A program made the translations under genes and the position numbers. From an uncultured Chloroflexia bacterium (GTDB lineage Bacteria; Chloroflexota; Limnocylindria; Limnocylindrales; CSP1-4), in assembly GCA_963759495.1 (NCBI GenBank), contig CAVWZL010000004.1, forward strand, positions 13,097 through 77,096: DNA of 64,000 nt, written 5' to 3'. The notes beneath the pieces were generated by a model, which saw only the letters and a list, made by a program, of their open reading frames with translations, was not told where the DNA came from and ran no database searches. Below are positions 19,483 through 29,351 of this stretch, piece by piece. The number at the start of each line of letters is the position of its first letter. The stretch's first letter is position 1.

Positions 19483-20289
19483 CTAGAGCGCGCCGGTCCC
19501 CTGCCTAGCCTCGCTGGCCTGTTGCGCCCGCTCGTCGAGGAGTGGCGCGAGATGCTCGGTCAGGTTGTGTGCGCGTGCGACCGGCCGGCCGGCCCGGAAC
19601 TCGATGACGCTGATCCCGCACAGGTCGAACATCCACATCCAGAAGTGGTCCAGCGGCAGCCCGAAGAGCGTCAGGAGCGTCACCTTGAAGACGCCGTCAT
19701 GTCCCACCAGGACCGACCACGGCTGGGTGCGGGGTGCCTCCCGGTAGCCCTGCACCTGGGGCCGGTCCATGCTGCCCGGCTCGCCCGCCGCAGCCAGTGT
19801 CGCGAGCAGCGTCCCGAGCGCCGGTCGGACCCGTGCCTGTACCTCGGGGAGTGACTCGCCACCCGGGGCCCACGCCTCGAGCGGCGTGCGGCGCCAGGCC
19901 GCGATCTCGGCGGCGTACCGGTCTGCGATGACCGTGTGGTGGAGGCCCTCCCAGTCACCCTGGCCGATCTCGAGAAAGCCCGGCTCCGGGCGCGTCGGGA
20001 GCTCCACGCCGAAGGCCGTCGGCTCTGCCGCGGCCGTGGCGAACGCCTGGGCCGTCTGGGCCGTCCGGCGCAGGGGGGAGTGCACGATCTCAAGCGGGGG
20101 CCCCGCCGGGACGGGGATTGTCGGCGAGGCATGCGGTCGGGCGAGGCGCCGGCCCGCGAGCTCGGCCTGGCGGAGTCCGGTGGGAGACAGCGGCGTCTCG
20201 GCCTGTCCCTGGAAGCGCCCCTCGACGATGTACTCGGACTCGCCGTGGCGGAGCAGGACGAGCGTGGCCTCGAGCCCGGCCGGGATCAA
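19483..20289 (-). CDS. Histidine phosphatase family protein (phosphoglycerate-mutase-like)
   Basis: 'LVLLRHGESEYIVEGRFQGQAETPLSPTGLRQA' (RHG motif) and 'VLVGHDGVFK'. Intact. Confidence 0.85.
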   Translation of the reverse strand: MIPAGLEATLVLLRHGESEYIVEGRFQGQAETPLSPTGLRQAELAGRRLARPHASPTIPVPAGPPLEIVHSPLRRTAQTAQAFATAAAEPTAFGVELPTRPEPGFLEIGQGDWEGLHHTVIADRYAAEIAAWRRTPLEAWAPGGESLPEVQARVRPALGTLLATLAAAGEPGSMDRPQVQGYREAPRTQPWSVLVGHDGVFKVTLLTLFGLPLDHFWMWMFDLCGISVIEFRAGRPVARAHNLTEHLAPLLDERAQQASEARQGTGAL

Positions 20290-20318
20290 CGGCTGGTCAC
20301 CCGGGGGCGGCCCGCTGC

Positions 20319-21902
20319 TCAGCGCTCGCCTCCGAGCCGGATCGTCCAGAGGTCGACGATCGCCGGATGATCCCGGATCTCGTCGGCCAGGCCGGCCGGC
20401 ACGTCGTCGTCGAGGGCCAGGACCATGAGCGCGTCCTCGCGCGGCCGTGTCCGCGCCAGGTGCATCGCGCTGATGTTCACGTCCGCCTGCCCGAGCAGGA
20501 TCCCGATGCGCCCGACCGTTCCCGGCCGGTCCATGTGGCGGGTCATGAGCATCACGTCGGCCGGCGCCATGTCCAGCCGGTAGTCGTTGAGCCGGGTCAG
20601 CCGCGGTTCGCCGGCCGCCACCGTCCCCGCCACCGTCGTCGTCTCGCCCTTGGACTCGCCCGACAACGTGAGCAGGGAGGCAAACGCTCCCGCATCGGGC
20701 GTCTTGCGCTCGATGACGGTGATGCCACGAGCCTTCGCGAGCGCCCCGGCGTTGACGAGGTTGACCCGCTCGGTGGTCGTGGTCTCGAGCAGCCCGCGCA
20801 GCACCGCCGCGGTGAGTGGCGTGCCGTCGTGCTCGGCGAGGTCACCCGCAATCTCGAGCGTGATCGTCCGGACCGCGGTGCGGCAGAACTGGGCGAAGAA
20901 CTTCCCAAGCACCTCGGCCAGCGGCAGGTACGGCGCGATGGCGCGCGCCGTCTCGGGCGTCAGGAGCGGCGCGTTGACCGCGTAGCGGGCGCTGCGCCCG
21001 TCGAGGATGTCGATGACCTGCATCGCGACCTCCTCGGACACGAGCACCTGGGCCTCGACTGTCGATGCACCGAGGTGGGGTGTGAGCAGGGTGTTCGGCG
21101 CATCGAGCAGCGGCGAGTCGGTTGGCGGCTCGTTCTCGAACACGTCGATGCCGGCCCCGCCAAGCCGGCCATCGCGCAGAGCCTCTGCCACCGCGGTCTC
21201 GTCGATCACGCCACCGCGCGCGACGTTGAGGAGGATGGCGTCGTCCTTCATTCGGTCGATCGCCTCGCGCCCGATGAGCCCCTTCGTGTTGCGGCTCAAC
21301 GGCACGTGGACCGTGACGACGTCGGACTGCTCGAGCAGCGCGTCGAGCTCGACGAGCTCGACACCGTGGTTCTCGGCCTGCTCCGGGGTGATGTACGGAT
21401 CGACGCCGAGGACTCGCATCTCCATGGCGCGGGCGCGAACGGCGATCGCCTGGCCGATCTTGCCGAGGCCGATGATCCCGAGGGTCCGGCCGCGTAGCTC
21501 GAGGCCGGTGAACTGTGCCCGCTTCCACTCGCCGCGCCGGAGTGACGCCTCCGCGGGGACGATCTTGCGGGCAAGCCCGTAGAGCAGCGCGAGGGTGTGC
21601 TCCGCGGCAGCGATCGTGTTCCCGGTGGGCGCATTGACGACCGTGATCCCGGCCCGGGTCGCGGCATCGAGGTCGACGTTGTCCACGCCCACGCCGGCCC
21701 GGCCGATGACGACGAGCCGGGTGCCCGCGGCGATCAGGTCGGCGTCGACCTGGACCTGGCTTCGAACGATCAGCGCGTCGTAGTCGGGCAGGATCGAGCA
21801 CAGCTCGTCGCGGCTCAGGCCGATGCGCTCGTCGACCTCGTGGTGGGCGCGCAGCCGCTCGAGGCCCTCCTGGGCGACCGATTCGGCAACGAGCACCTTC
21901 AC
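20319..21902 (-). CDS. serA: D-3-phosphoglycerate dehydrogenase (long form with ACT domain)
   Basis: GTG at 21902 overlaps the upstream stop (GTGA). 'GIIGLGKIGQAIAVRA', 'LLNVARGGVIDE', 'LTPHLGAST' and a C-terminal ACT-like segment 'MLMTRHMDRPGTVGRIGILLGQADVNISAMHL'. Confidence 0.9.
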   Translation of the reverse strand: MKVLVAESVAQEGLERLRAHHEVDERIGLSRDELCSILPDYDALIVRSQVQVDADLIAAGTRLVVIGRAGVGVDNVDLDAATRAGITVVNAPTGNTIAAAEHTLALLYGLARKIVPAEASLRRGEWKRAQFTGLELRGRTLGIIGLGKIGQAIAVRARAMEMRVLGVDPYITPEQAENHGVELVELDALLEQSDVVTVHVPLSRNTKGLIGREAIDRMKDDAILLNVARGGVIDETAVAEALRDGRLGGAGIDVFENEPPTDSPLLDAPNTLLTPHLGASTVEAQVLVSEEVAMQVIDILDGRSARYAVNAPLLTPETARAIAPYLPLAEVLGKFFAQFCRTAVRTITLEIAGDLAEHDGTPLTAAVLRGLLETTTTERVNLVNAGALAKARGITVIERKTPDAGAFASLLTLSGESKGETTTVAGTVAAGEPRLTRLNDYRLDMAPADVMLMTRHMDRPGTVGRIGILLGQADVNISAMHLARTRPREDALMVLALDDDVPAGLADEIRDHPAIVDLWTIRLGGER

Positions 21903-23086
21903 GCGCCGGCTCCGACCGGCGCGGGCACGACCCCCATGGCCGTGACGGCCGCCCGCTGCGCCGCACCGACCGCCGCGCCCGGCTCGACATGGCGGCCGTG
22001 GGCCAGGGACACGATTTCCAGCGTGCTGATGGCGCCGAGGATCTCGTCGAGCGTCACGGACCCGAGGTGGCCGAGCCGGAAGATCTTGCCCGTCAGCTTT
22101 CCCTGGCCGCCTGCCAGGACGAGACCGCGCTTCTTGAGGTCCCCATTGAACGCCTTCCAGTCGAGATCCTCGGGAACATGCGCTGCAGTCACCGTCCGGG
22201 ACGCATGCCGCTGGTCGGCGAAGAGCTCGAACCCGAGTGCGTCGAGGCCGGCCCGCGAGGCAGCGGCGCACACCACGTGCCGGGCAAAGACAGCATCCAT
22301 TCCCTCGGCCTGCATCAGCTGCAGACCCTCGTCCACCTGGAACACGACGCCGATCGCCGGGGTGAACGGCGTCTGGCCGTTCGCCGCTGCGTCGCGGTGC
22401 GCCCGGAGGTCGAGGTAGAAGCGCGGCATGCGCGCGGTCTCCATCGCGGCCCAGCCGCGCGCCGATGCCGCGATCATCGCCAGGCCCGGTGCCGCCATCC
22501 AGGCCTTCTGCGAGCCCGTGACCACGACGTCGACACCCCAGGCGTCCATCTCGAAGGGCACGGCGCCAAGACCGGACACGCTGTCGACGAGGATCAGCGC
22601 GTCCGGCCGCTCCTCGCGAACGGCCGCGGCGAGCTCCGGGATCGGGTTCATGACGCCGGTCGAGGTCTCGTTGTGGGTCAGGAGGACCGCCTTGACGTCG
22701 GGCATGGAGCGGAGCCGCTCCCGGATCTCGTTCGGGTCGGCGGCGTAGCCCCATTCCGCGTCGACCTTGGTCACGTCCGCGCCGTAGATCCCGGCGATCT
22801 TCGCGAAGCGATCGCCGAACGAGCCGATGCTGACACCAAGGACTCGGTCGCCGGGGGAGAGCACGTTGACGACGGCGGCCTCGAGACCGCCCGAGCCCGC
22901 CGTGGTGATCATCGCGACGTCCGAGGTCGTGCCGAAGTACGGCTTCATGCCGTCCAGGATCCGGCCGAGCATTGCTGCGAACTCGGGCCCGCGGTGGTTG
23001 ATCATCTGGCGCGCACCCGCCTCGCGGACGCTGGGCGGCAAGGCCGTCGGGCCGGGGATGCGCAGGTTTGGCTCGAAACGGGTCAC
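21899..23086 (-). CDS. Class V (AGXT-type) aminotransferase; probable phosphoserine aminotransferase role by context
   Basis: GTG at 23086 with AAGGAG 8 nt upstream. 'INHRGPEF', 'LLTHNETSTGV' and 'VTGSQKAWMAAPGL' (PLP lysine). Translationally coupled to serA. Confidence 0.8.
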   Translation of the reverse strand: MTRFEPNLRIPGPTALPPSVREAGARQMINHRGPEFAAMLGRILDGMKPYFGTTSDVAMITTAGSGGLEAAVVNVLSPGDRVLGVSIGSFGDRFAKIAGIYGADVTKVDAEWGYAADPNEIRERLRSMPDVKAVLLTHNETSTGVMNPIPELAAAVREERPDALILVDSVSGLGAVPFEMDAWGVDVVVTGSQKAWMAAPGLAMIAASARGWAAMETARMPRFYLDLRAHRDAAANGQTPFTPAIGVVFQVDEGLQLMQAEGMDAVFARHVVCAAASRAGLDALGFELFADQRHASRTVTAAHVPEDLDWKAFNGDLKKRGLVLAGGQGKLTGKIFRLGHLGSVTLDEILGAISTLEIVSLAHGRHVEPGAAVGAAQRAAVTAMGVVPAPVGAGA

Positions 23087-23131
23087 GGGCAGGACTCCTT
23101 GGATTGGGACGTGGCGGCATGCTCGCACGAC

Positions 23132-23160
23132 TTGACGCCCGATCGCCAGTAGGTCATATA
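23132..23160 (+). promoter_or_regulatory. Sigma70-like promoter for vapBC (TTGACG-N17-CATATA); predicts a leaderless or near-leaderless mRNA
   Basis: TTGACG at 23132-37 and CATATA at 23155-60. The vapB ATG is at 23170, only 10 nt after the -10 element. TCATAT(A)TG occurs twice (23154-62 and 23166-73). Confidence 0.35.
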
Positions 23161-23169
23161 TGTCGTCAT

Positions 23170-23418
23170 ATGGGCACACGACGAACGACGATTCTGGCAG
23201 ACCCTGACCTGCTCGAACGGCTCGGCCGATTTGCACACCGCACTCGGACGACCAGGACGGCTGTCATCGCGGCCGCGCTCGAGGCCTACCTTGCTGAGCA
23301 CGATGCACCCCCGGAGCTCGGGTTCATTGCCGTGGGCCAGAGCGGGCACGGGCGGCTGTCGCTCGACGCCCGGTCCATCGCGCGCCGCGAGGCCGGGCGC
23401 CGGCCCCCGAGCCGCTGA
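23170..23418 (+). CDS. vapB: Ribbon-helix-helix (CopG/VapB-type) antitoxin
   Basis: 'RRTTILADPDLLERLGRFAHRTRTTRTAVIAAALEAYL' is RHH-like. It ends 2 nt before the PIN gene. Confidence 0.75.
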   Translation: MGTRRTTILADPDLLERLGRFAHRTRTTRTAVIAAALEAYLAEHDAPPELGFIAVGQSGHGRLSLDARSIARREAGRRPPSR

Positions 23419-23420
23419 CC

Positions 23421-23834
23421 GTGGCCATCCTGCTCGACGCGAGCGCGGTCGTGGCCGCCGCGGACCGGGCAGACCTCAACCACGCCGCCGCAGTCGCGTG
23501 GTTCCGTCGGGCAGACGAGCCGCTGGTCCTGGGTGCCCTGACCCTCGCGGAGCTCGACATGGTCCTGCAGCGCGATCTGGGGGCCGCCGCGACCCTGGCC
23601 CTCGTGCAGACCGTCATCGATGGGGCGATCCGGGTCGTCGCGCCGACCGAACGCGACCTGGCCCGCGCGGCGGAGCTCATGGTGGCAGCGGCCGAGCACC
23701 GACCCCGACTCGCTGATGCGTCACTCGTCGCCATCGCCGAGCGCCTCGACGTCCACCGGATCGCCACGTTCGACCGGCGACCGATCGCCGTCTTTCGCCC
23801 GCGCCACGTGCGTGCGTTCGACCTGGAGCCGTAG
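23421..23834 (+). CDS. vapC: PIN-domain toxin (VapC family)
   Basis: GTG start. 'AILLDASAVVAA' (first acidic residue), 'LAELDMV', 'ADASLVAIAERL' and 'IATFDRR' match the PIN pattern. Confidence 0.8.
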   Translation: MAILLDASAVVAAADRADLNHAAAVAWFRRADEPLVLGALTLAELDMVLQRDLGAAATLALVQTVIDGAIRVVAPTERDLARAAELMVAAAEHRPRLADASLVAIAERLDVHRIATFDRRPIAVFRPRHVRAFDLEP

Positions 23835-24075
23835 TCGCCGGTACGTCGCCGCCGCGCCCCGGACCCGTTTCTGTCAGATGCCGCTCACACGGGCGTTCGT
23901 CGGCGTCTCGTTGTCAGATGTCGCGCGGAACGGGCGCTTGCCGGAAACGCGCCCCGGCCGCGAAGGAGCCAAGCACGAGGCTGCAGGGAATGGTTCGCTC
24001 GCCGGTGACGAGTGCCCGCCCGGCGGGCATCTGTCCAAACTCACGAGTGCCTCGGTGGCGCAACGCCACTGGCCC

Positions 24076-25039
24076 TCAGGTCGGGGCAGGCTCGTGCAGC
24101 GATGCGATCGTCTCGCGCAGCACCCGCGCCGATTTGCGCAGGCCGTCGAACTCGGCCACGGACAGGTCAATGCGCAGGACTCGTTCGACGCCCTGGCGGT
24201 GCACCACGGTCGGGAGCGACAGGTAGACGTCGTCGATCCCGTTGTAGTCGTGGATCAGCGAGCTGACGGAGAGCACGGTCCGCTGGTTGCGGAGGATGGC
24301 TTCGACGATCCGGACGAGACCGGCCGCGACCGCGTAGTACGTGGCGCCCTTGCGCTGGATGATCTCGTACGCCGCGTCCCGGGTGCCGGCGAAGATCGCG
24401 TTCATGGCGTCCTGGTCGTAGCGCAACCCGTTCGCAGAGCAGAACTCGCGCAGGTGCATCCCCGCGATGTTGGCCGAGCTCCACACCGGCACCTCGCTGT
24501 CGCCGTGCTCACCCACGATGAAGGCGTGGACGGAGCGCGGGTCGACCCCGAAGTGCTCGGAGAGCGCAGCCCGAAACCGGGCGGTGTCGAGGATCGTGCC
24601 CGAGCCAATGACGCGCTCGGCGGGAAGGCCCGACAGCCGCCACGTCTCGTATGAGAGGACATCGACGGGGTTCGTCGCGACGAGGATGATCCCGTTCGGG
24701 TTTGCCTCCGCCACGTCCGGCACGATCTCTCCGAAGATTGCGGCGTTCTTGCGCACGAGATCGAGCCGGGTCTCCCCGGGCTTCTGGGCGGCGCCGGCCG
24801 CGATGACGGTGACCGCCGATCCGGCGCAATCCGCGTAAGTCACCGGCCCAGACACGGGTCGGCTTGGCGAAGGGCACAGCATGCTGGAGGTCCATCGCCT
24901 CGCCCTCGGCGCGCCGGGCGTTCGCGTCGATCAGCACGATCTCCGACGCCAGCCCCGACAGCAGGAGGGCATACGCGAACGAGGACCCGACGTTCCCGAC
25001 GCCGACGACCGCAACTCGATTCGGCTGGAGACCTTCCAT
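24076..25039 (-). pseudogene. ldh: L-lactate dehydrogenase, single frame change near 24845
   Basis: '[32 protein letters not shown]' (frame of ORF 24509-25615), then '[15 protein letters not shown]', '[10 protein letters not shown]' and '[14 protein letters not shown]' (ORF 24076-24882). The junction reads GGTGACTTACGCG, where one extra T would explain the shift. Confidence 0.85.
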
Positions 25040-25056
25040 GCGCGGAGCGTACGCGC

Positions 25057-25833
25057 TCAGGCCGATCCGTCGCGGGAGACCGCCGGCGCAACGCCTCCCG
25101 TGGGGTCGGGGTGCCGAGCTGCGAGGTCGTCGAGCAGCCCGTGGTCGGTCAGGTCGAGACGGAGCGGCGTGATCGAGACGAAGCCGTTCTGGATCGCCCA
25201 GAGGTCGGTGTCGGGCTCGTGCCGCTCCAGCGGGAAGACCGTGAACCAGAAGTGCTGCCGGCCCATGGGATCGGTGCCGGGCACCACCTTGCCGTCGTAC
25301 TGCTCGACGGCCTGGCGCGTCCAGCGGATCTCCGTGGGGCTGGGCGGGAAGTTCACGTTGACCAGACGGAGCCGGGGATCGGGCAGCAGCAGCTCGAGGA
25401 CGCGCTCCACGTGCGACTCGAGGTGCGACACGTCGGGATCTTCCCCGGAGACCGGTGTGCTCAACGCGATGCCGCGCAGCCCGAGCAGTGCAGCCTGCTT
25501 CGCCGCGGCGAGCGTGCCCGAGTGCCACATCGCGTTGCCGAGGTTCGGGCCGAGGTTGATCCCGGACAGCACGACATCGACCGTCTCCCAGTGGAAGGCG
25601 CCAAGCGCCACGCAATCGGCCGGCGTCCCGTTGACCCGGTAGGATTCGACCCCGTCGATCACCCGGGTGCGCCGATACGTCAGCGGCTTCGATGACGAGA
25701 TCGCGTGTCCGGCCGACGACTGCTCGACGTCGGGCGCCACGACGCGGACCTCGCCGAACCGCTGGGCCACCCGGGCCAGCGTCGCGAGACCCGGGCTGTA
25801 GATCCCGTCGTCATTCGCGATGAGAATGCGCAT
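25057..25833 (-). CDS. surE: 5'/3'-nucleotidase SurE
   Basis: '[19 protein letters not shown]', '[16 protein letters not shown]' and '[23 protein letters not shown]'. Intact. Confidence 0.9.
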   Translation of the reverse strand: MRILIANDDGIYSPGLATLARVAQRFGEVRVVAPDVEQSSAGHAISSSKPLTYRRTRVIDGVESYRVNGTPADCVALGAFHWETVDVVLSGINLGPNLGNAMWHSGTLAAAKQAALLGLRGIALSTPVSGEDPDVSHLESHVERVLELLLPDPRLRLVNVNFPPSPTEIRWTRQAVEQYDGKVVPGTDPMGRQHFWFTVFPLERHEPDTDLWAIQNGFVSITPLRLDLTDHGLLDDLAARHPDPTGGVAPAVSRDGSA

Positions 25834-25874
25834 CGCTCCGTCCTTCCTGCGTCGGGGCCATCTCGAGGTACGTC

Positions 25875-26791
25875 GTGCGGGTAACGCTCTTCCACAACCC
25901 AGCCGCTGGCGATGGGTCGATCACGGCCGATCGACTGACCACGATCCTCGCCGATGCGGGCTATCAGGTGCGCTATCAGTCCACGGCTGATGAGTGGAGT
26001 TCCGCCCTCGATGCGGAGGCAGACCTGGTGGTCGTTGCGGGCGGCGACGGCACGGTCGCGGAGGTCGCGAAGGCGATGGCCGGTCGCGATGTGCCGCTGG
26101 GCGTGCTGCCGTTCGGGACGGCGAACAACATCGGGAAGGCACTTGGCGTCTTCGGTGACGTCGCTACCGTTGCGGGCTCATGGACCACGAAGACGAGCGA
26201 GCGGTTCGACCTTGGCGTGGCCGTCGGGCCATTCGGTGAAGAGCGCTTCGTCGAATTGATCGGCGGTGGCCTCTTCGCGACGCTTGTGGATCGCGGCGAA
26301 GCGGAGGTGGGCAGCGAGTCGGGACGCATCCATCGCGAGACGGACCAGGCGCTGCAGTCTGCTGTCCTCGCTCCTCGGCGAGGTCCCGGCCGGAGAGTGG
26401 GGCATCGAGCTCGACGATCACGACCTGTCGGGCCAGTACATCGGCGTGGAGGTGATGAACATCGGGTTCGTCGGGCCCGAACGTCCCGATCGCCGGCGAG
26501 GCTGACGTCGCCGACGGCGAGTTCGACCTCGTGCTGCTGCGCGAGGAAGATCGCGAGCGGCTCCAGGCGTACGTGCGGGGCCGGCTCGAGTCCGCGTCCG
26601 GACTGATGCCGAGCCTGGATGTGCGACGTGGCAGCCGGGTCCGACTCGTGCCGCCGGCCGGCTGGCCCATCCGGATCGACGATGAGCTGACGGCCCTACC
26701 CGAGGGTGACGAGCGGTCGATCGACGTCCTGATCCGCCCCGGAGCCGTGCGCCTCGCAGGGAGCCGCACCGCCGGGAAAGCGCCGGCGTGA
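25875..26791 (+). pseudogene. Diacylglycerol/lipid kinase catalytic-domain protein (YegS/LCB5-like), frame-disrupted
   Basis: 'ADLVVVAGGDGTVAEVAKAM..VPLGVLPFGTANNIGKALG' in ORF 25875-26606. It continues as 'GEWGIELDDHDLSGQYIGVEVMNIGFVGP' (ORF 26266-26505) and 'LVLLREEDRERL..RIDDE' (ORF 26531-26791). Confidence 0.65.
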
Positions 26792-26908
26792 CGCTTCGAC
26801 CGGAACAACGATCGTGTCTCGATCGTCGGAGACACGACCGGATGACACTGCGCAGCCCGCGCCCGCAGATCCGGCCTGCCCGTTTGCGTCGTACAGGACA
26901 CTAGCTCC

Positions 26909-27898
26909 ATGACTTGGCCCGTCCCCCGCACTCCCGTTCGCCGCGCCGGACGCCGCACCCGGCGGCGCGGTCTTCGCATGGTCGCCCTGTCCCTCGTCGC
27001 GCTCGTCTTCGCGGGCGCCCTGACCGCCGGCGGGGCCGTCTACACGAACGCGTTCGGGGCAGGGGACCGCTTCGCGGGCCTGCTGGAGCGGCTCGACCTC
27101 CTCATCGACCCGCCGCCCGACCGGCCCACCGCGCCGACGATCGTCTCGACGCCGCGGCCCGTCGCCCAGGCCAGCCCGACGGCGGAACCCCCCGCCACGC
27201 CGCCACCGTCCCTCTCGCCTGGGGTCACGGCACCTCCGGCCACGCCACCGCCCACGCCAGCCCCGCCGCCGAAGCGTGTGAAGGTGGACGTGAACGTGGT
27301 CAAGAAGCCGAAGAGCGTCTTCATCTCGCAGCAGACCAAGGACTGGTGCGCCCCCGCCGGCGTCCAGATGACGCTCGCGGCGCTCGGGCTCGCCGACAAC
27401 ACGGAGCGGTTCCAGCACACGCTGTCCGGACGGTCAGACGAATGGGAGAGCCGGCGCGACAGCCTCAATGGCGGCTGGGGACCGGGTGCGATGGTGCAGG
27501 CGCTCGAGGCATACGGCGCACGCGGCTACGAGATTCGCGGGTTCGAACGTCGCAACGATGCGCTCCTCGACGCTGCTCGAGCGATCAGCGAGACGGAGTC
27601 GCCGGCGATCCTCCTGGCATGGCGCGGCGCGCACACCTGGGTGATGACCGGCTACAAGGCGACCGCGGACCCGCTCGTGTTCGATGACGTGAAGGTCACC
27701 GGCGCCTACATCCTCGATCCCTGGTACCCGCGCAACTCCTCGATCTGGGGTCAGTCCGACGGGCCGGGCGTCTTCCAGAACACCTCCGAGATGCAGCGCA
27801 ACTTCCTGCCGTGGCAGCGTCCCGAGGGTCGCTACCCGGATCGCGACGGCCTCTGGCTCGTGGTGGTCCCGACGATCCACGCCGACCAGCAGGGCTGA
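26909..27898 (+). CDS. Membrane-anchored papain-like cysteine peptidase (Peptidase_C39_2-like) with a proline-rich linker
   Basis: N-terminal Arg-rich segment plus TM 'MVALSLVALVFAGALTAGGAV'. About 90 aa of P/T/A-rich linker. 'SQQTKDWCAPAGVQMTLAALG' (candidate catalytic Cys) and 'GAHTWVMTGY' (candidate His). Intact. Confidence 0.5.
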   Translation: MTWPVPRTPVRRAGRRTRRRGLRMVALSLVALVFAGALTAGGAVYTNAFGAGDRFAGLLERLDLLIDPPPDRPTAPTIVSTPRPVAQASPTAEPPATPPPSLSPGVTAPPATPPPTPAPPPKRVKVDVNVVKKPKSVFISQQTKDWCAPAGVQMTLAALGLADNTERFQHTLSGRSDEWESRRDSLNGGWGPGAMVQALEAYGARGYEIRGFERRNDALLDAARAISETESPAILLAWRGAHTWVMTGYKATADPLVFDDVKVTGAYILDPWYPRNSSIWGQSDGPGVFQNTSEMQRNFLPWQRPEGRYPDRDGLWLVVVPTIHADQQG

Positions 27899-27907
27899 CG
27901 GTCCGGG

Positions 27908-29320
27908 TCAGGGGGTTCGGGACGGCATCCGGCGAATGCGCGGGACCAGCACCGCGATCAGCAGCACGAAGCGCACCGCGGCCCCGGCCGAGAAGCCCAA
28001 CGGGATGGCGATCACGCCGAGCGTGCCGACGAGCGCGAGCGTGGTCGTGATCGTGACCGCGAACCCGATGAGGGTTGCCACGACCTGCAGCAGGGTGTGC
28101 CGCGTCGCGTAGATCGCCCGGCTCACGAGATGCCCGAGGCTCTCGAATGGGACCGAGATGGCGAACACCGCGAGCACCGTCGCCGTCCGGCCCACGTCGT
28201 CCGGGCCGAACGCGCCGCCACCCAGCAGCACCTCGACCGCAATGCCGCCGACCACGGCCAGCCCGATCGCAGCCCCGACGGTCAGCACGCCGATCGTGAG
28301 GATGTTCGTGCGGACCAGTCGCGTGAAGGTGCCCCGGTCGCCGGCGGCGTACGCAGCGGCGAGGGCGGGAAAGGCCGCCAGTGAGAAGGCGACGCCGATC
28401 AGGCTGACAGGGACGCTCTGGAAGTTCCGCGCGAGGCTGATCGTCGTGATGCTGCCGATGGCGAGACCCGACGCGATGTTGGTGAAGAACAGGAACGTCA
28501 GCGGCTCGACCGGGCTGCTGCCGGTCTTGGGGAGCATCAGCCGCAGGAAGTCGCGGACTGCCAGCGTGCGAACCGCGAGCCTCGGCCGGATCCGGAAGGA
28601 CGTCCGGACGATGCCGATGACCCGGATCGAGAGATGGAGCAGGGCGCCGATCACCGCCCCGACGGCGGGTCCGAAGATGCCAAGACGGCTGCTGAGCAGC
28701 ACGGCGCCGAGGACGAGCCCGCCGTTGTACAGCAGGGGAGCGATGCCGTAGAAGAAGAACCGCCGCTCCGCGATGAGGACCTCGCCGAGCACCATCGAGG
28801 CGGCGAAGATGATCGGCGTCAGGCACATCACGCGGAACAGGTCGGTATAGAGCGCGCGCTGGGCGGGACCGAAGCCGCCGGCCACGACGTCGACGGTGAG
28901 CGGCGCGATCACGAACAGGACGACCGCCACGAGTCCCATGGCCGCGACCGCCAGGGTGAAGATCGTCTGTCCGAAGGCATGGGCATCGGTCTCGGAGTCG
29001 CGCCGCAGGCCGGCGTAGATCGGGATGAACGGCGCGGCCAGCCCACTTGCCACCACGATCCCGAGGGACAGCTCGGGGATGACGAAGGCGGCGTTGAAGG
29101 CGTCCAGCTCGGCGCCGGCACCAAACGTGCGGGTCATCGTCCGGTCGCGGAACAGACCCATGAGGTAGCTGCCGAACGTCAGGACCGAGAGGAGCAGCGC
29201 GCCACGAGGCAGGAACCGATCCATGAGCCGTTCGAGCGGGCCGAAGCGGTTCGCCGAGCGCGGCTGGTCGTCCGTGGTGAAGCCCTCCCTCCGTCGCCTG
29301 GGGCGCGACGCACTCGGCAT
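27908..29320 (-). CDS. murJ: Lipid II flippase MurJ (MviN family)
   Basis: 'LLSVLTFGSYLMGLFRDRTMTRTFGAGAELDAFNAAFVIPE' and polytopic throughout. An alternative start is ATG 29224. Intact. Confidence 0.85.
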   Translation of the reverse strand: MPSASRPRRRREGFTTDDQPRSANRFGPLERLMDRFLPRGALLLSVLTFGSYLMGLFRDRTMTRTFGAGAELDAFNAAFVIPELSLGIVVASGLAAPFIPIYAGLRRDSETDAHAFGQTIFTLAVAAMGLVAVVLFVIAPLTVDVVAGGFGPAQRALYTDLFRVMCLTPIIFAASMVLGEVLIAERRFFFYGIAPLLYNGGLVLGAVLLSSRLGIFGPAVGAVIGALLHLSIRVIGIVRTSFRIRPRLAVRTLAVRDFLRLMLPKTGSSPVEPLTFLFFTNIASGLAIGSITTISLARNFQSVPVSLIGVAFSLAAFPALAAAYAAGDRGTFTRLVRTNILTIGVLTVGAAIGLAVVGGIAVEVLLGGGAFGPDDVGRTATVLAVFAISVPFESLGHLVSRAIYATRHTLLQVVATLIGFAVTITTTLALVGTLGVIAIPLGFSAGAAVRFVLLIAVLVPRIRRMPSRTP

Positions 29321-29351
29321 GATGACGCGCGGGAGGGGCCGCGCGCGACGC

